The position numbers were made by a program, and so were the translations under genes. Shown here one piece after another: positions 1-9,029 of a DNA stretch of 64,000 nucleotides; position 1 is the first letter of the stretch, and each line of letters begins with the position of its first letter. The notes beneath the pieces were generated by a model that saw only the letters and a program-made list of their open reading frames with translations, did no database searches and was not told the origin of the DNA. The DNA comes from Carpediemonas membranifera BICM (lineage: Eukaryota; Protista; Fornicata). The stretch is taken from assembly GCA_019828565.1 (NCBI GenBank), contig JAHDYR010000062.1:1312421-1376420 (forward strand), read 5' to 3'.

Positions 1-3000
1 GGCTCGAGGGCTTTGCCTCTGAACTGGCCGAGGGAGCCGACTGTGCCCACCTTCCGCAGGCTGTGGTCCCGCCGGATGGGGCCTAGCGCCGTCCGGGACG
101 ATTGGAGCTTGTCGCGCTTGTCCTGCCGCGCCATCTCCTTGACTAGCTGCCATACGCTGTTGGGGACGCGCTCGTCCGTGTCGACCTGCTTCACCAAGGC
201 CTTGTGGAGCTCCGTCGGGGCATGACCGTGGTTGGCGAGCTCATCCCCAACAAACGTCGTCACGACGTAGTACAGGATCCAGGCAGCCAGGGACTTCCGC
301 ATCATGTCCCCGGGGTCGGCGCCCTCGAGGGCAGCCGCGATCCGCTTGATGGCGGAGACCCTAAACTGCGAATTAGGTCGGAGCGAGCGGGTTGCGAGGA
401 TGGTGGCGTCCTTGAGGGCGGCGCTCGAGGCGGCCCAGTCCTTAGATACGGCGGTGCTCTTGCCGACGAGCATCATGAAGGCGGCCACGGCGGCTTTGAC
501 ACAGTCGGCGGGTGCTCTCATTGCGCGTAGCTCGGACTTCTGGTTGGGTGGCATCTGGGACAGCACCGCCAGAGCTCGGGCCCTCTTCGCAGCTCTGAGG
601 GCGTTGTCCGCGGTCCTGGAGGTCATGCTGTCGGTGTCGGTCGGGAGCTTGATGGCCCAATCGTGGAGGAGGTCGGCCGGCAGGAACGGGGTCGACCGGA
701 TCCTCGCCTTAGTCGGCAATGTCACCGTAGACATCTTCTGGACGGACCGCTGCCGCCGGAGGTCCTTGGACGACCGGTGGCTCAGGGCCGTGCGCTCGGA
801 CTTGAGGATGGCCGCCGCAAACACGCGGGTGAAGGTCGTCGCGAGGTCCTTGTCGCCCTTCTTCTCCTGTAGGACCCTGAGCTTGGTGATGGCGCGCCTG
901 AACTTGGCCTTGCCGCTCGCCAGGGCAGCTGGGTTCGGGGCGGTCTTGTTGAGGCGTGCCCGCCGCGCCTTGATCTCCTTGGCCTCGTTCGCCCGGATCC
1001 GGACCCGCATGAGCCCCACACGCCGCCTGATGATCTCCCACTTCGACATCGTCCCGACCTTCGACCGCACGTGCGACCAGTCGAGCTTCTTCGTCTTGAT
1101 TCGCCGCTTCCCGGCACTCGCGTCCGATGCATGCCCACGCCGCCTCGACCGCGTCTGGTGTCCCGAGTCCGAGGCCTCTGTGCCCGTGGTGAGGGTGCGG
1201 GTTGACACGGTCAGGTGTCGCGGGACGTCGGACAGCCGGTGGTTTGACGTCTGGCCCTTGGCCCCCAGGCTCGCACGGCTGCCGGAGTGGTCAGAGCCAT
1301 CGCCCAGGCCGTCGGGCTCGAGGTGCGACTGGCGTCTGCGGTGGCCCCTGTTGGGCCGGGCGGGGCACTCTGGGTCGGGCGCCTGCACGAGGGAGGGGCT
1401 GACGAGGGCCTTCGTCCGCGGGGCGGCGTCGGCCTCCTCCTCGTGCTCCTCCCCGTCGTCCGTGCCGTGCTCAGTGGGCTGCTCCTCCACCGACTCCCAG
1501 TGCGTCTCATCGGCCGACAGCAGCTGGAAGTCGTCATCGTCCAGCAGCGCGTCCAGGTCGCCCACGTCGTCGAGATCCTCGGACTCGGACTCACCCTCGC
1601 TGCTCTCGCCATCGGTCACGGTTTGCGCAGTGTCGTCGTCGATGTCAGACTGGGGCGCCATCGTCAGCGCCGGGTCGACCTCTGGGGTGCTCGCAGGCCC
1701 CTTAGTATGCGGAGTAAAGGCCACGGTGGGCTTGTGGGGACGAGGCTGGGCCTCTGGTGTGATCACCAGACGGGGCGGCCTGGGGGGGACTTCGACGTCA
1801 GACAGCACCCGGATGTCGTCATCGCCCTCCCCGTCGTCCTCGTCACAGTCAGACGATTCGCTGTCGTCCGATTCGCTATCGAAGGTCTCGGTGTCGACCT
1901 CCGTGGGCTCCTGGTCGGGCGTGCTGACCCCCGACGGCACGAGCTGAGTCGCCGTCGTCAGCGCTGAGCCCGAGCTATTGCCCACGATCGCACCTGAGAC
2001 GTCTGTAGTCAGTGTACGCTCCTCGGAGTCATCGAAGTCGCTGGGCTCGTCGCCCTCTTCCTGCACGATCGTCATGCCCACGGGGGATCCCGCCGGGATG
2101 TCCATACGGAGGACGGACGACCTGCGGCTGCTGGACACGCTGCTGGTGCTCGGGGTTGGGCTGCTATTCGTAAACTTGAAGTCCTTTGCCTGCTTCTGCT
2201 CAGGCGTCGGAGTGGGTGCCGACGAGTCTGATTCCGACTCGCAGAAGTCGAGGTCCGAGGTCGGCCCCAGGGCATGCCTCAGCCTGCTCATCCCGGCCGG
2301 GGTCCGCGGCATCTCGCCCATGCCGTGTACCATAACGGACTTGCGGCGGGCGAACTTTTCAATGAGCGTCGGGGCGCACATCCCTACCCACCCGCTGTCC
2401 TCGTCGCTGCTGTAGTCTTCAGGGAGCTGGTCATCGTCGTTCCGGCCCCACGTGAAGAGGTTCCCGGCCGAGTCGACCGCCCCAGCATGCTCCTCTCCCG
2501 CCCCGATACTGACGAAGCGCCCGCTCGACCCAGGGGGTACGGGGAGCCTCGTCGGGCGCCGTACAAGGTCCGTGTGGCCGAGACCGAGCTGGCCCCACTC
2601 GTTGTCTCCCATGACATAAACTGCACCGGACTGAGCGAGGATCATGGTGAAGGTGGCGCCGGCAGCAATCTGTGCAGCGGGCACCACTGGAACCACCTGG
2701 GGCACTCTGACGCGGTCGGGCTGAGCAGACCCACACTGACCGCTGGTGTTGAGGCCCCAGGCAAAGACGGTTCCTGCGGCCGTGAGGCAGATGCTGTGGG
2801 CAAACCCGCAGCTGATCTGGAGCACCGGGTCCGGCATGGTGATCTGTACCGGCTTGAATGTGAACTGGTCCGAGCCGATGCCCGTTTGGCCGTCAGCCCC
2901 GGTTCCCCTGGCGAACAGGGCGCCAGACTCAGTGAGAATAAGGGAATGGGCGAAGCCATTCTCCATTTGACTAATAGGGCCGCATTCCAGTGGTATTTCC

Positions 3001-3386
3001 TTGCGAATTGATGCAGGAATATCGAGGCCATTTCCATTTGCTCGGCGAGTGCCCTCTGAGAATAGCTGCTGCTGCGAATCCTCTTCAGAGGCGTTATATG
3101 CTGACCATTTCCCGGTAGAGAACTCTAAATACGTTCCTCCATCGCTACATGCGACAGATACCGCCGATCGGCCTCCAAGCTCACAGGTCATTGGCTCTGA
3201 TTCCGTTACGTCCTCGCCATGTTCTACTTTGATACTTGGCAGTGTTTCCTTCTGCCCGAACCCCCGGTATTTCCTTCGGATAGTGCTCATCGGAAGTGGG
3301 GCCAAAGCTGCTTCCGAATTCCGAGTTATTCCCGGGCTGTGCGAGATCGATCGAATCTTTCCAACAATCTTCTCGCTACACCGCAT
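1..3386 (-). CDS. RCC1/BLIP-II repeat protein with long acidic/low-complexity and helical C-terminal region (3' end runs off the window; start could be 3386 or 3290)
   Basis: The minus-strand frame is open in every segment I translated between ~3386 and position 1. It gives RCC1 repeats (ISQMENGFAHSLILTESGALFARGTGADGQTGIG; VLQISCGFAHSICLTAAGTVFAWGLNTSGQCG). The + strand ORFs here are antisense shadows. Confidence 0.8.
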   Translation of the reverse strand, partial: MRCSEKIVGKIRSISHSPGITRNSEAALAPLPMSTIRRKYRGFGQKETLPSIKVEHGEDVTESEPMTCELGGRSAVSVACSDGGTYLEFSTGKWSAYNASEEDSQQQLFSEGTRRANGNGLDIPASIRKEIPLECGPISQMENGFAHSLILTESGALFARGTGADGQTGIGSDQFTFKPVQITMPDPVLQISCGFAHSICLTAAGTVFAWGLNTSGQCGSAQPDRVRVPQVVPVVPAAQIAAGATFTMILAQSGAVYVMGDNEWGQLGLGHTDLVRRPTRLPVPPGSSGRFVSIGAGEEHAGAVDSAGNLFTWGRNDDDQLPEDYSSDEDSGWVGMCAPTLIEKFARRKSVMVHGMGEMPRTPAGMSRLRHALGPTSDLDFCESESDSSAPTPTPEQKQAKDFKFTNSSPTPSTSSVSSSRRSSVLRMDIPAGSPVGMTIVQEEGDEPSDFDDSEERTLTTDVSGAIVGNSSGSALTTATQLVPSGVSTPDQEPTEVDTETFDSESDDSESSDCDEDDGEGDDDIRVLSDVEVPPRPPRLVITPEAQPRPHKPTVAFTPHTKGPASTPEVDPALTMAPQSDIDDDTAQTVTDGESSEGESESEDLDDVGDLDALLDDDDFQLLSADETHWESVEEQPTEHGTDDGEEHEEEADAAPRTKALVSPSLVQAPDPECPARPNRGHRRRQSHLEPDGLGDGSDHSGSRASLGAKGQTSNHRLSDVPRHLTVSTRTLTTGTEASDSGHQTRSRRRGHASDASAGKRRIKTKKLDWSHVRSKVGTMSKWEIIRRRVGLMRVRIRANEAKEIKARRARLNKTAPNPAALASGKAKFRRAITKLRVLQEKKGDKDLATTFTRVFAAAILKSERTALSHRSSKDLRRQRSVQKMSTVTLPTKARIRSTPFLPADLLHDWAIKLPTDTDSMTSRTADNALRAAKRARALAVLSQMPPNQKSELRAMRAPADCVKAAVAAFMMLVGKSTAVSKDWAASSAALKDATILATRSLRPNSQFRVSAIKRIAAALEGADPGDMMRKSLAAWILYYVVTTFVGDELANHGHAPTELHKALVKQVDTDERVPNSVWQLVKEMARQDKRDKLQSSRTALGPIRRDHSLRKVGTVGSLGQFRGKALE

Positions 3387-3658
3387 CCATGGTCTATTAA
3401 TGCCGCTGGGTGAGATTGACCCAATGCCACGGGTTAAATCAGTCTCATGTCACAGTATCTAATGTTGCATTGATCTGCTGTCTCAACTCCCAACCCGCAC
3501 CCGACGGGTCACGAGGCAGCAGACCGCTGCTAGCGGAGCTACACTCATCCATGAACCAGCAGCGGCTGTGGCCCCTTGTCACCGACCCCAACCCGGCCCA
3601 ACGACGGTCTCATGGCAGTTGGTCCCAGGTCTGCCCGAGTCACCATCCGATCCGATGT

Positions 3659-4651
3659 TTACTTCTTGTTGATGAGTTTCCGCTGCCGTCCCTTGCCCCC
3701 CTCGAAGCCCTTCCGCTCCTTCGCTGCCCGCCGCGTCATCCTCGGGGCCTCCTCCTCCGGCTCGGCCACCTGGTTCTTGCGGACAGCCTCCTTTTTCGGC
3801 CGTTTGCCCAGCTGGGCCTCCGCATCAGCCTTCTCCCGCTCGTTCCAGGACTGCGTCGCCTTCCGCTTCCGTGCCTGGTCCCGCTTGACGCTGGCCTTCA
3901 GACGGGTCTCGTTGTCGTGCACTTTAGCACCGGACAGACGGCGCGCGGCCTTCTCCATCTCGAGGTTGTGCTCGGCCGCCTGCCGCTTGGACCCCTTCAT
4001 CTTGTCCAGGAGCTGCTTCTGGGCCGACAGCTTGGCCAGCTCGGTCGCCGCGTTGTCCTTCTTCTGGTGCCGCTGGACCCGCTTCAGCTTGGTCACCTCT
4101 GGGATGAGGATGCCGCTGTCGTCGTCCACGGGACCGGGACCAGCCTCCTCCGTCAGCTCGACCCGCTTGGTCTCGGGCTCATTAACTGGCTTAGTAGCCT
4201 TCTTGACCTCGGGCCGCTTGGCAGTCTTGTCGGGTTTCTCCTTGGCCTTCTCCTTCGCGACCTCCTTCTTGCGCTGTCTCTTGCTGTCCAGGTTCTTCCC
4301 CTTCCGGTCCTTGGGCTCCTGGGGAGCTGGAGGAAGCTGGGCCACTGGAGCTGCAGTCTCAAGTTTCTTGGCGGCCGGCTTGGGCGTCTTCTTGGCGGCG
4401 TCCGGCTTGGCCTCAGCGACGTTGTTCACTGCGAGGCCAGCAGTAGGGAACTTGGGCTCGATGGAGAGCTGGGCGGCCATAGAGCCTCTCTTGAGCTGAA
4501 TCTTTTCGGCCTTCTTCATCGGGAAGTTCATAATCGTCTTCGAGGTGGAATAACGCTGTGAGATCATGTTGCACAAGCCCGAAAAGAACACCACGGCTTC
4601 AGCGAACCGTGTTTCGGTCAATTTGCTTGCTTGAGCATCAACCTTAGCCAT
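3659..4651 (-). CDS. SURF6: SURF6/Rrp14-like nucleolar ribosome biogenesis protein
   Basis: Lys-rich 330-aa ORF with SURF6 C-terminal motifs GAKVHDNETRLKASVKR...KATQSWNER and RKGFEG. Confidence 0.7.
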   Translation of the reverse strand: MAKVDAQASKLTETRFAEAVVFFSGLCNMISQRYSTSKTIMNFPMKKAEKIQLKRGSMAAQLSIEPKFPTAGLAVNNVAEAKPDAAKKTPKPAAKKLETAAPVAQLPPAPQEPKDRKGKNLDSKRQRKKEVAKEKAKEKPDKTAKRPEVKKATKPVNEPETKRVELTEEAGPGPVDDDSGILIPEVTKLKRVQRHQKKDNAATELAKLSAQKQLLDKMKGSKRQAAEHNLEMEKAARRLSGAKVHDNETRLKASVKRDQARKRKATQSWNEREKADAEAQLGKRPKKEAVRKNQVAEPEEEAPRMTRRAAKERKGFEGGKGRQRKLINKK

Positions 4652-4703
4652 TATCTTGCAAGATAGCCGACACGATTAAGCCGCACTTTAAGGCTGCTTC
4701 GGT

Positions 4704-5764
4704 TGTGCTATTGAAGGGTCCAACAATGTGTTTATACTGCGCAACACTGCCCTGTCTCCCTCCTACTCACGTCTTAAGTCGGTAGGGAGATCGTCTTCTC
4801 CAGGGCTTCCACAAAGCGTCTTCTTCGAAAATAATGCCGAGGCTCCGCCCGCGCCGGATCCTGATGCCCACCTCATGGGGTTCGACCCGGGCGCGAGGTC
4901 CATCGGAGGGTATTACATCAGGCACCCCGATGGCACCACCAGCTCCGGCGTCCTTCCAAAGTGCGGATACACTAAGACGCCAAGTTTCGGCTTTGATATG
5001 ACGGCCGCGTCGTTCAAGAGCGCAAGACTAGTGAGTATCAACAACTCTATTAGGTTTGTGCTGGACAACGCGAACGATATTTTCGAGGCTGGAATGCGTA
5101 AGTCTTTCCGCCGAGTGCGCTTTGCGAACCACATCCTTCGCCAGAAGCACTTCGCCCGCTGCGGCCAACAGTTGGCTCGGGAGTTCGGTTGGCGTCGCCA
5201 CCATCCCATCGCCACCCCCATTCGCCTGAAAGTCTTCTACGGGAGCACCAAGCCTGCTGATATGTTCATTCCTTGCGCGCCATATCGAAAGTTCGCGAGA
5301 GAGATAGTTCCCCTTCTCAAGGGGTATATAACATTGTCGTCGATCTTAACATGGTAAACGAGGATCGCACCACCGTCGTCTGCCCTCACTGCCACGCCAC
5401 CTACAAGCGAGTTCGTCCGCGTGATGACCAGCACGTTCACCCACATCGTGTGATGCTCTGCGAAAATCCACAGTGCCGTGGTGCTCAGTGGCGCGCAACA
5501 GTTCCTGATGCTCTGAATGTTGATCATCGGGACAAGAGTGCTGCAGAGAACATCCTGTGGCGTTCTCTTGCCACGGAAGATGAGCTCAGTGGCTCTCCGT
5601 TCAGTCGCATTGATCCCACGTCTTCAAACATCATTCCAGTATCATCAATTGGCTAACCGCCAACATTCGTCTACGGACGGATGATGTTGTGCAGTTTGGC
5701 ACTTTGATCGTTCCTTTCAGGCCCTGTCTTGGAGGTTCGAAAAATGTGTTTATACTGCGCAACA
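4704..5764 (+). mobile_element. Composite TGT...ACA element (43-bp micro-element, hairpin element, truncated Fanzor, right end) flanked by 5-bp TSD TCGGT
   Basis: TCGGT at 4699-4703 and 5765-5769. Starts TGTGC (4704) and ends GCAACA (5764). Contains two copies of the 19-nt end motif (4728-4746, 5746-5764). Confidence 0.7.
4830..5656 (+). pseudogene. 5'-truncated Fanzor (TnpB-like) RuvC/zinc-finger half, one frameshift
   Basis: RuvC-I LMGFDPG, LKVFYG, RuvC-II MVNEDRTTVVC, CPHC...CENPQC zinc finger, RuvC-III HRDKSAAENI. The two ORFs join by removing 2 nt from TATATA at 5325-5330. Collinear with the Fanzor at 45717-47630. Confidence 0.85.
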
Positions 5765-5769
5765 TCGGT

Positions 5770-6095
5770 TGTGCTCGTGCAGTTTATGAATTACGACCTG
5801 TAGCGTCTAGAGGTTTATGTGGAGGATTCATGTAAAGGTGACTTAAGCTGTCGACCCCCCTGGGATGAACTCCAGAGGACTGAACAGATTCAGTCTGACG
5901 GCCCACCTGTCGTACACCAGAAGGGTAGCGGACATGAGGGCGTCGGCAATGGTAAGGGCGACGGTTCTGGGCGGGATCTTGGTTCTCGCACCAGCGGACG
6001 CCAGGAATGTGACGGCCTTGGACGCGCACATCGGAATGTTAGAGCCGGGTTGATCACCGTTGGTTTGACGCGGTAGGTGTTTATACTGCGCAACA
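5770..6095 (+). mobile_element. 326-bp non-autonomous element of the same family (left end TGTGCTCG..., right end ...TGCGCAACA)
   Basis: 5808-5995 is near-identical (reverse complement) to 48025-48213. Ends with the 19-nt motif at 6077-6095. Confidence 0.7.
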
Positions 6096-6177
6096 GTTGC
6101 GCACAGTTGCGGTTGGGCCAAGTGCTCGACACCGTGCAGTGCAACAGTCCTACGATAAACTGTTTAAATCGGAAATC

Positions 6178-7353
6178 CTAAACCTTGACCTGCGCGAGTC
6201 TGCTCTTGAGCTCCTCGAAACCGCCGGGCCGCCCCCTGTTCTTCCAGCCCTCGTACACGTGCTTGTGTCTGATCCTCGCATCGAACAGCTCGAGCCCTGT
6301 CTTCCTGGCCATGTATCGCCGCACGTTATCAGCGTACAGCAGGGGGTCGGCCTTCTCCTCTTCGGTGGGGACGTACCTCGGCAGGATATGGACCTCAGCC
6401 CGGTTGATGAGCTGGGTGACAGTTCGGAGCACAGCATAGCTCAAGGAGCAAGTGTCCCACGCCACAGACGCCGCGTTGGGGTACCGGATGACGACAGGGT
6501 TGACCGGCACGCCCGCGATGAAGGCCCCCGGCTTGAAGGGGATCAGTCCGAGCCCGTTCGTGGTCGTGCCCTCGGGGAAGATGACAAGCGGCGGCATGGC
6601 GGGGTTGTTGTCCCGGGCGCTGATGGAGGTGGCGACAGTCTCCGTGCCGGCCGTCCCCCGGTGAAGCAGCACTGTCTGGACGATCGAGCAGAATATGAAC
6701 GTCGGGATCCTGGTGATGCCCACGGTAGCGGCGAAAGATGGCCTGAACAGGGCGGCGTGGATGAGGGGGTCGACCCAGCTCATGTGGTTCGAGACGATGA
6801 CCGCGTCCTCCCTCTTGACGGTCGCTCCGTCGTGTCGGATGACCTTGGGGATGAGGCCTGTGAAGAACAACGCGCCATACCCTGTGACGATCATGTTGAG
6901 GTCGCATAGACGCTGCCGTTTGACGCCAATATTGCCGTGGTGGGGCTTCTTGGCGCCGATGCTGAGGATGAGCTGCCAAATGGGGATGTATGTCATGCCT
7001 ATGAACAGGCCGAGCAGCCTGAAGGGTACAAGGAAGAGAGCTGACACGAAGATCTTGATTCTGACGAGCAGGCCGGCCTTCTTGTCGGTGAGGTGGTGGA
7101 CGAAGGGGACCATGAGGCCCACAGTGATCTTCTCGAGGAGCGCGGGCTGTTGGATGACGCGGCGTTTGCTGTGGCTGAAGCGGCATGTTCTGAGACGCTC
7201 TCTGAGAGCCTCCATTTCATCGTAATCAGACCCATCGTCGGATTGCTCACTGGATACAAGATCCCGGTCCTCAACCTGGTTGCTCTCGATTCCTCCTTGC
7301 TCTTCCTCCATGCCGAGATGCTGGTATGGGCTGCTCTCCTGTTGAGATGACAT
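6178..7353 (-). CDS. Lysophospholipid acyltransferase (LPCAT/PlsC family)
   Basis: NHMSWVD (HxxxxD) and FPEGTTTNG, FKPGAF motifs; N-terminal TM segment. Confidence 0.9.
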   Translation of the reverse strand: MSSQQESSPYQHLGMEEEQGGIESNQVEDRDLVSSEQSDDGSDYDEMEALRERLRTCRFSHSKRRVIQQPALLEKITVGLMVPFVHHLTDKKAGLLVRIKIFVSALFLVPFRLLGLFIGMTYIPIWQLILSIGAKKPHHGNIGVKRQRLCDLNMIVTGYGALFFTGLIPKVIRHDGATVKREDAVIVSNHMSWVDPLIHAALFRPSFAATVGITRIPTFIFCSIVQTVLLHRGTAGTETVATSISARDNNPAMPPLVIFPEGTTTNGLGLIPFKPGAFIAGVPVNPVVIRYPNAASVAWDTCSLSYAVLRTVTQLINRAEVHILPRYVPTEEEKADPLLYADNVRRYMARKTGLELFDARIRHKHVYEGWKNRGRPGGFEELKSRLAQVKV

Positions 7354-7459
7354 TGGTTCTCAGCTTCGTCAGTCGATCTCGCAGTCACTCGACTCTGCAC
7401 GGGAGATTCCACGGCGGCGCACTCCACCCAGCATAACGTAGCCGCACACTTTAAATTCG

Positions 7460-8290
7460 TTAAATCTTGTTGAGCTCCAGCATCTTGAGCTCCATCTCGT
7501 GGACCTCGCCGGTAACTACGAGAGAGTGCAGAGGCCCGCCGAGCACATCCTCGTCGAGCTCGCTGATCTGCTTGAGGGTCCCGAAGGCCAGCTTCTGTGT
7601 CTCAGTGCCGACTCTGCAGACGGCGACGGCCATCGTGTCAGGGGTGGCCCAGCCCTCGCCCTTCTCCTCTTCGATCTCGAGGAGCTGCTGTGCGGCGACT
7701 GGCGCGGTCATGTAGCGAGGCTTGAGGAAGACATCGGTGCGGCCGGCCATGATGTCCTCGAGGCGGTATGAGCGCTCCTTCGTCTTGATGTCCAACAGGC
7801 ACAGTGTGTGGAGCTTGTTTGCCTTGTTGACTCCAAGCTTCTCGTAGAAGGAGTCGGGGCGCCAGCTGTCGGTAAAGAAGGGCACCGAGATCGTCTGGCC
7901 GAAGCGGTACAGCTCCAGGCCAGTGCAGGCCACAGCATTCATAATGGATGCATTGTGGATGACCGAGACGCCGATGCCGCGCTCCTTCGCCCTCAGGAAG
8001 AAGTCGGCGTGGGTTGTCGCACAGAATGGGTCGCCGACGACGAGCAGCGCAACGTTTGTGGTGGCGGCATCGTCAAGAATCTGATCAGATCCTTGCTCCA
8101 CGAGGTCTCTATCAGCCTCGATGAGCTCTTTGCCGTGGAACTGCTCGATAAGGGTCTGCATCTCCTCATAGGACTTGAGGATGGACGTGTAGGACTCCAA
8201 ATACACCTTGGTGCATGTCTCAATGGCACGCATGCCACGAACAGTGATATCTTCAGCGCCACCGAGGCCCAAGCCGATCAGGAAGAGCAT
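7460..8290 (-). CDS. DPH5: Diphthine methyl ester synthase
   Basis: MLFLIGLGLG, LVVGDPFCATTH, HNASIMNAV, LYRFGQTISVPFF, HTLCLLDIK. Confidence 0.97.
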   Translation of the reverse strand: MLFLIGLGLGGAEDITVRGMRAIETCTKVYLESYTSILKSYEEMQTLIEQFHGKELIEADRDLVEQGSDQILDDAATTNVALLVVGDPFCATTHADFFLRAKERGIGVSVIHNASIMNAVACTGLELYRFGQTISVPFFTDSWRPDSFYEKLGVNKANKLHTLCLLDIKTKERSYRLEDIMAGRTDVFLKPRYMTAPVAAQQLLEIEEEKGEGWATPDTMAVAVCRVGTETQKLAFGTLKQISELDEDVLGGPLHSLVVTGEVHEMELKMLELNKI

Positions 8291-8457
8291 TCGTGCAACT
8301 GGAACCCACGGCAGTTGGGTCCGAGAAAACTGCCACCAGGGTAAAATGGGCCTGCTATCAGTTTCCTACCATAGCTCCTATGCACATCATACCCATACTC
8401 TGATTTTGTAGCGATGCCGATCAATCGCATCTTTGCGCGAGAACATCGTACAGGCAA

Positions 8458-8766
8458 ATGGACGGTGATAAGCACGACGAAAAGCAGAAGACCAAGGCTC
8501 CCGCCGATACAGAATCCGCTGATGGTAAGAAGATCCGCATTAAGGTCCGCGGCCTTACCGGTGAGGAGGTATACTTCTCCATGAAGGCTGTAACGCCTAT
8601 GAAGAAGCTGTTCGATGCCTACTGCAAGAAGAACGGCCTGGATCAATCCTCCGTACGTTTTACCCTTGACGGTGAGAGGATTGGAGACGAGGCCACCGCG
8701 AAGGAGCTCGACCTTCAGGACGGCGACCTCATCGAGGTCATGCACTACCAGGTGGGTGGCATGTAA
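8458..8766 (+). CDS. SUMO: Small ubiquitin-like modifier (SUMO)
   Basis: KKLFDAYC, RFTLDGERI, LDLQDGDLIEV, and C-terminal QVGG-M. Confidence 0.93.
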   Translation: MDGDKHDEKQKTKAPADTESADGKKIRIKVRGLTGEEVYFSMKAVTPMKKLFDAYCKKNGLDQSSVRFTLDGERIGDEATAKELDLQDGDLIEVMHYQVGGM

Positions 8767-9029
8767 AGAACTCGGCTTGATGTGGGGCTTGGTGTGGTGT
8801 CGTTGCGGGGATTTTGTTGTATGGCCACTCCGCCCATCTCTAAATCAACCAACATACTTCGCATCGCCATAACAGTCTCAATTGAGGCGACTGCCGTATC
8901 CAGCAGCGTCTGCTCGGTGGCCATGAGGCAAAGGTCATTTGATTACCGCGCAAGAAGTGCAGCTGGAGTGTCACAAGCATCACTAGAAATAGAGTACATT
9001 TAGACAGGGGCCAAAGGGCCACCCCGACC

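Noticed and set aside
304-1947. 547-aa + strand ORF, and many other long overlapping ORFs such as 9079-10383, 9204-10778, 31097-32341, 38647-40053, 41307-42593
   Set aside because: Antisense or alternate-frame shadows of GC3-rich real genes; no motifs of their own.
4704-5764. LTR/TRIM retroelement reading (TG...CA repeats, 5-bp TSD, purine tract GAGTAGGAGGGAGACAGGGCAG before TGTTG, 'solo LTR' at 43630)
   Set aside because: The repeats are only 40-43 bp, the two 'LTRs' differ substantially, there is no tRNA primer-binding site, and the purine tract is one arm of a hairpin with its own TSD. Not fully excluded.
5806-5812. Helitron CTRR 3' terminus (CTAG/CTAA where homology with 48213 ends)
   Set aside because: No 5'-TC end or A|T insertion site; the family shows TSDs, which Helitrons do not make.
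4728-6095. True CRISPR array
   Set aside because: Repeat spacing is 1018 and 331 bp, there are no cas1/cas2 genes, and the context is eukaryotic; better explained as transposon ends.
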